Positions 16,115 to 20,000 of a stretch of DNA of 20,000 bases are shown here, piece after piece. The position numbers and the translations under genes are program-made. Origin of the DNA: an uncultured virus (IMG/VR IMGVR_UViG_3300008108_000086). Taxonomy: Duplodnaviria > Heunggongvirae > Uroviricota > Caudoviricetes. Below the pieces are notes generated by a model. That model was given only the letters and a program-made list of their open reading frames with translations. It ran no database searches and had not been told where the DNA came from. Numbering within the stretch: position 1 is the first letter of the stretch; each line of letters begins with the position of its first letter. The stretch is taken from IMG/VR virus record IMGVR_UViG_3300008108_000086; one strand, given 5' to 3'.

Positions 16115-18006
16115 TGACGGTTAAAAAGTATTCTAAGAATAATATTCCTAGAAGAAACTACAACTATGGCACTGAGGGTGACCTAAGATTAATAAGAGCC
16201 ACAGGTGGTACAGAAAGTACAGTTGGTGCTTATAAGATACACACCTTTACATCAAACGGAACTTTTACAATTACACAAGGATCATACCAAGAAATTGATT
16301 ATTTTGCAATTGCCGGTGGTGGGCCAGCTGGTCGAAACGTAGATGCAAACGGTTGCGGCGGTGGCGGTGCTGGCGGAGCTCTAATGCATTGGGTGGGATT
16401 AAACGCAACGGATCTTTATCCTTTCAAATTTAGTCAGTGTATCGGACCAGAAATGTACACACAATCTGGTGATGTTTGGACAGTAAATGTGGGTTTAGGA
16501 GGAACAGCATTAGACAATAATAGCAGCAACAATTCTGGCGGTGATACCTGGATATTAAAAAATGGAGCTGAACAATTAAGGTGTTATGCTGGCGGCGGTG
16601 GCGGTGGCGGAAGTACCAAGTTTGTGGGTTATAATGGCGGATGTTCTGGAGGAACTGCTGGCGCTGCTGGCGCAGGAAATACAGGAACACCAAACACATG
16701 GGTGTCTAGTCCAGGTTATAGTATATTAACAAATGAACTTCAGTATCAATTTACTTACGGAAAAACAAACTGGCCTTACAAACAAGGCAATGGTAATAGT
16801 GTTATTGGTGTAACTGGTGTAAACTCAAGAAGTAATACAGCTGGTGGTTGTTTTGCGCCTAGTCCATACTATTGGACTGGAGCTAATAACACTGATACAA
16901 TTAGAGGAGCAACAAACGCCAATTTTACTGGATATGGAATCAGAACAACTTTTGCTGGTGTATATCAAACATATGGAGATGGAGGTTACTGCGGCACTAC
17001 ATCAATATATACAGTTCGACCAATACCGACACCAACAACACCTGGTTCGGGTGGCCACTCTGTGCCGATTGCCACGGCCGGTGCCGGTGGAAACGGATCA
17101 GATGGTATAGTAATTTTTAGATATCTAATGAACAAAACTGTCGCAGCTGCAAATGTTGAATTGTTAATGGTAGCTGGCGGTGGCGGCCAAGGTTCAAACA
17201 TTCCTGGCCCAGGCGGCGGTGGAGGTTCAGTTATATATTATGGAAACGAAACAGGCAATACTGGTGGATCATTAACTCTCTACAATGGAACATATGGTGT
17301 AACTGTTGGCGCAGGCGGCGCTTTAGCCACCTCGGCCACAGTATCAAATTTAGGAGGAGCTTCCTTTGTTACTGGTATTCCTTGTGACACTGTAATTAAT
17401 TACGGTATACCGAAAGCAAATACTTTTGGTGGTTTTATTGCTCTAGGTGGAGGATCTAAATTCAGAGCTCTTGAAGAATTACATGGTTCAGGTCATGGTG
17501 TTCGTGATAATCAAGGAGCATTTGCATTTGGATTGCCAAATCCAGACCATGGCAACCGTGGTGGTCTGGGTGCTGCGGCCGTTTCTGGCGGTGGTGGCGG
17601 CGCAGGTAATACTGGTGGTTCTGGAGTAGCATCAACATCAGGCGGCAATGGAGGTATTGGTAAAGCATTTTCTATAAGTGGCACATCGACTTATTATGGT
17701 GGCGGTGGAGGAGGAGGAAAATCAACAGTAGGTGGAGTGAATTCTACTGGTGGTCTTGGTGGTGGAGCAAACGGATTTAATGGAACAGCAACAACAACTG
17801 CTAGCGGAACAGTTAATACAGGTGGTGGTGGCGGTGGTGGTTATAGTGCTACGACAGGTGGTCAAGGCGGTTCAGGTATTGTAATACTCAGATATCCGGA
17901 CAGTTATCCTGCTGCAAACGGAACAACAGGTTCACCAACTATCACAACATCAGGTGGTTGGAGAACTTATACATTTACACAATCAGGATCAATTTCTTTT
18001 GGTTAA
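16114..18006 (+). CDS. Glycine-rich adhesin / receptor-binding protein with two Gly-rich domains (630 aa)
   Basis: Domain 1 about 16192-17127 (ATGG..YKIHTFTSNGTF..IAGGG...GSDGIVIFRY). Domain 2 about 17152-18003 (VELLMVAGGG...GGSGIVILRYP...GGWRTYTFTQSGSISF). The C-terminal ~45 aa are similar to those of 10619..11569. Confidence 0.8.
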   Translation: MTVKKYSKNNIPRRNYNYGTEGDLRLIRATGGTESTVGAYKIHTFTSNGTFTITQGSYQEIDYFAIAGGGPAGRNVDANGCGGGGAGGALMHWVGLNATDLYPFKFSQCIGPEMYTQSGDVWTVNVGLGGTALDNNSSNNSGGDTWILKNGAEQLRCYAGGGGGGGSTKFVGYNGGCSGGTAGAAGAGNTGTPNTWVSSPGYSILTNELQYQFTYGKTNWPYKQGNGNSVIGVTGVNSRSNTAGGCFAPSPYYWTGANNTDTIRGATNANFTGYGIRTTFAGVYQTYGDGGYCGTTSIYTVRPIPTPTTPGSGGHSVPIATAGAGGNGSDGIVIFRYLMNKTVAAANVELLMVAGGGGQGSNIPGPGGGGGSVIYYGNETGNTGGSLTLYNGTYGVTVGAGGALATSATVSNLGGASFVTGIPCDTVINYGIPKANTFGGFIALGGGSKFRALEELHGSGHGVRDNQGAFAFGLPNPDHGNRGGLGAAAVSGGGGGAGNTGGSGVASTSGGNGGIGKAFSISGTSTYYGGGGGGGKSTVGGVNSTGGLGGGANGFNGTATTTASGTVNTGGGGGGGYSATTGGQGGSGIVILRYPDSYPAANGTTGSPTITTSGGWRTYTFTQSGSISFG

Positions 18007-18021
18007 TTTTAAGGGAAAATT

Positions 18022-18387
18022 ATGGCACATTTTGCACAACTAGATGAAAACAATATTGTAAGACAAGTAATTGTAATTGAACAAGATGTTATTAATACAG
18101 GTCTTTTTGGAGAACCAAATTCTTTTGTACAAACAAGTTACAACACACACGGTGGAGTACATACTTTAGGTGGCACACCATTGAGAAAAAATTATGCTGG
18201 TATTGGATACACTTACGATTCAATTCGTGATGCTTTCATACCACCAAAACCTTACAATAGTTGGACGTTAAATGAAACTACATGTTTATATGAATCACCC
18301 ACACCTATGCCAACAGATGGAAAATTATATGATTGGAATGAAGATACACTTTCTTGGGTGGAAGAAGTTACAGAATCAGAAGCATAA
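18022..18387 (+). CDS. Conserved phage protein MAHFA(Q)LDENN type (121 aa), probable fibre assembly chaperone/partner of Gly-rich adhesin
   Basis: AAGGG SD. QTSYN...RKNYAGIGYTYD...DAFIPPKPY.SW.L....C..E.P.P.P.DGK.Y.W.E....W has a Trp/Pro-rich C-terminus reminiscent of Tfa-type fibre chaperones. Confidence 0.7.
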   Translation: MAHFAQLDENNIVRQVIVIEQDVINTGLFGEPNSFVQTSYNTHGGVHTLGGTPLRKNYAGIGYTYDSIRDAFIPPKPYNSWTLNETTCLYESPTPMPTDGKLYDWNEDTLSWVEEVTESEA

Positions 18388-18390
18388 ATA
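18383..18390 (+). promoter_or_regulatory. Putative T4-type late promoter (CATAAATA)
   Basis: 7/8 match overlapping the TAA stop of 18022..18387, 24 nt before ATG 18415, with GAGGG SD in between. Confidence 0.6.
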
Positions 18391-18414
18391 TTCCTATAGA
18401 GGGATATAAAAAAA

Positions 18415-20000
18415 ATGCCAACACAAGTACCACCATCAAGGTTAGACTCATCTAAAGATTTTTCATCTTTGGTTCCTTCTGCATTTGCAAAAGCTAATGC
18501 TGCTTTTGAAGCAGCAAACACAGCATCTGGTGCGGCCGCAACATCAACACCAAAAATTTCAAGTATTGTTTATCCAGGAAATGATACAGCAGCTGCAACA
18601 GCTGGCGGTCAAACAGTCACATTAAATGGCGCAGGTTTTAATGCTGGTGCAAGTGTTCTAATTAATGGTTCTTATGCTGGTGTGGTCTCTGTAGCAAACA
18701 GCACTTCATTATCATTTACAACACCATCAAATAGTGGTGGAACTTACATATTGTATGTTATTAATACTGATGGTGGCACAGGCATTTCTGTTCCTGGTAT
18801 TAGTTATAGTGGCACACCGTCTTGGAGTAACGCTGCTGGAAGTTTAGCAACAGTATATGAAACAGCTGCAGTAAATACACAATTAACGGCAACAGGCGAC
18901 ATAGCTGATGGTGCAATCACATACAGTTTACAGTCGGGTACATTGCCGCCAGGAAGTTCATTGAATTCCTCAACAGGTTTGTTATCAGGTACAACACAAG
19001 TAACAGAAAATTCAACAACATATAACTTTACTATTCGTGCAACTGACGGACAAAATCAAGATACTGATAGAGCATTCAGTATAACAATCAATCCAGACGT
19101 TGTTACATGGAGTTCACCTGCTGATGGAACAGTTACTGCATTGTCTCAAAACCAAGCAATGTCGAATGTTACACTAAGTGCAACAAGTGAAGCGGGCCAA
19201 AGCGTTTCTTATACCGCAAATGCATTACCAACCGGAGTAACTATAAGTGGTTCAAATGTAACAGGAACTCCAACCGTGCTGGGTAATACAATAAGTGTCA
19301 TAACAGCCACTGCTGCAAATACAAATAGAACAGCAACAAGAACATTTACATGGGTGGTCAGTGTTGCTAATGATACTTACTTTAAAAATACAACCTTATT
19401 ATTGAACGGGGAGACAACTGTTACTCCATTCATTAATGATGCAAGTACAAATAATTTTGGATTGACTATTAACGGTGATACTAAACCTGTGTTGTTTAAT
19501 CCATATACACCGGGGTATTATAGTAATTACTTTGATGGTACCGGGGATTATTTGAGTGTCCCTAGTAATGCCGCATTTGCATTTGGTACTGGTGACTTTA
19601 CAATAGAGTGTTTTTATTATAGAAGCGGTATTAAAGGTAATTCATTTCACGATAATATACTTGGAAACAGACCTACTAGTTATGGATCTGGACAATGGCA
19701 TTTGTATGTTGGTCCTGCGGTTGGCGGAGCGTTTACCCTTCATGCGAGAACACCAAGCGGAGATATAACAGTTAGTGGAGGGGCATGTGTGGAAAATGCA
19801 TGGAATTATCTAACCGTAGTAAGAAACGGAACCTCACTCACACTATTTGTAAATGGAATAAATGTAAATTCAACAACAACATCTGCTTCTATTGGAGATT
19901 CGGTAAGTAATCTAAGTATTGGTGCATTCAGTGATGGTGCTTACCCAACAATTGGTTACATTTCTAACCTTCGTCTGGTCAAAGGCACGGCAGTCTATAC
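18415..20000 (+). CDS. Fibre/adhesin with IPT/TIG domain, two putative Ig (He_PIG-like) domains and a LamG/concanavalin-A-like lectin domain (3'-truncated, >=528 aa; absent from ORF track)
   Basis: Translated by hand; no stop from ATG 18415 to the window end. MPTQVPPSRLDSSKDFSSLVPSAFAKANAAF; PKISSI.P...GGQTVTLNGAGF..GASVLING (IPT/TIG); YSLQSGTLPPGSSLNSSTGLLSGT and ALPTGVTISGSNVTGTPT (He_PIG-like); YFDGTGDYLSVP...FGTGDFTIEC...WNYLTVVRNGTSLTLFVNG...GYISNLRLVKGTAVY (LamG-like). Confidence 0.85.
   Translation, partial: MPTQVPPSRLDSSKDFSSLVPSAFAKANAAFEAANTASGAAATSTPKISSIVYPGNDTAAATAGGQTVTLNGAGFNAGASVLINGSYAGVVSVANSTSLSFTTPSNSGGTYILYVINTDGGTGISVPGISYSGTPSWSNAAGSLATVYETAAVNTQLTATGDIADGAITYSLQSGTLPPGSSLNSSTGLLSGTTQVTENSTTYNFTIRATDGQNQDTDRAFSITINPDVVTWSSPADGTVTALSQNQAMSNVTLSATSEAGQSVSYTANALPTGVTISGSNVTGTPTVLGNTISVITATAANTNRTATRTFTWVVSVANDTYFKNTTLLLNGETTVTPFINDASTNNFGLTINGDTKPVLFNPYTPGYYSNYFDGTGDYLSVPSNAAFAFGTGDFTIECFYYRSGIKGNSFHDNILGNRPTSYGSGQWHLYVGPAVGGAFTLHARTPSGDITVSGGACVENAWNYLTVVRNGTSLTLFVNGINVNSTTTSASIGDSVSNLSIGAFSDGAYPTIGYISNLRLVKGTAVY

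Larger units (their letters stand above)
1..20000 (+). other. Tail fibre / receptor-binding protein gene cluster of a large T4-like (myovirus-type) bacteriophage
   Basis: All credible genes are on the + strand, tightly packed or overlapping (TAATG at 15134 and 16114; TAA-ATG at 12500/12501). Products are Gly/Ala/Thr/Asn-rich fibre-like proteins. T4-type late promoter cores (T/C/A)ATAAATA lie at module starts. No cellular housekeeping genes are present. Confidence 0.85.

Noticed and set aside
10619..18006. Invertible/shufflon-type tail fibre switching between the two Gly-rich adhesins
   Set aside because: All cassettes are in the same orientation, no inverted recombination sites or invertase were seen, and the shared C-termini are diverged at the DNA level.
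411..18521. Minus-strand ORFs (e.g. 2480..3178, 1613..1879, 3784..4056, 9517..9699, 10855..11085, 11269..11451) and nested + strand alternative-frame ORFs
   Set aside because: They are shadows of repetitive Ala/Asn- or Gly-rich codons (giving LAKAPLA or poly-Pro), largely or fully overlap well-supported genes and have no recognisable motifs.

Overview
The window is a single + strand late-gene block of a large tailed phage, most likely T4-like given TATAAATA/ATAAATA late-promoter boxes in the intergenic gaps. It encodes almost only tail-fibre, adaptor, adhesin and fibre-chaperone proteins (about 21 genes; the first and last are cut by the window edges, and the last is missing from the ORF track). 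Five fibre 'stalk' genes share an Ala/Asn-rich heptad repeat (ANSAASF-ANGAFDR). They are joined to at least five kinds of tip: Gly-rich adhesin domains, a double beta-propeller protein, IPT/Ig/LamG lectin domains, an AT-rich 4-gene cassette and a cupredoxin-like domain. The most notable pattern is a repeated connector grammar: a short hydrophobic C-terminal peptide, then a paralogous ~110-aa adaptor gene, then the next fibre, seen three times. There are also three copies of a candidate docking domain and three genes with a related N-terminal anchor, each behind its own late promoter. Together these suggest a plug-and-socket, branched receptor-binding apparatus (inference). Other features are a doubly frameshifted fibre gene (8913-10264), an 11-bp tandem repeat that triplicates the late promoter, a recent 129-bp in-frame duplication and two circularly permuted Gly-rich domains in one protein. 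No RNA genes, CRISPR array, reverse transcriptase or recombinase were seen. All family assignments are from motif recognition by eye, not database searches.
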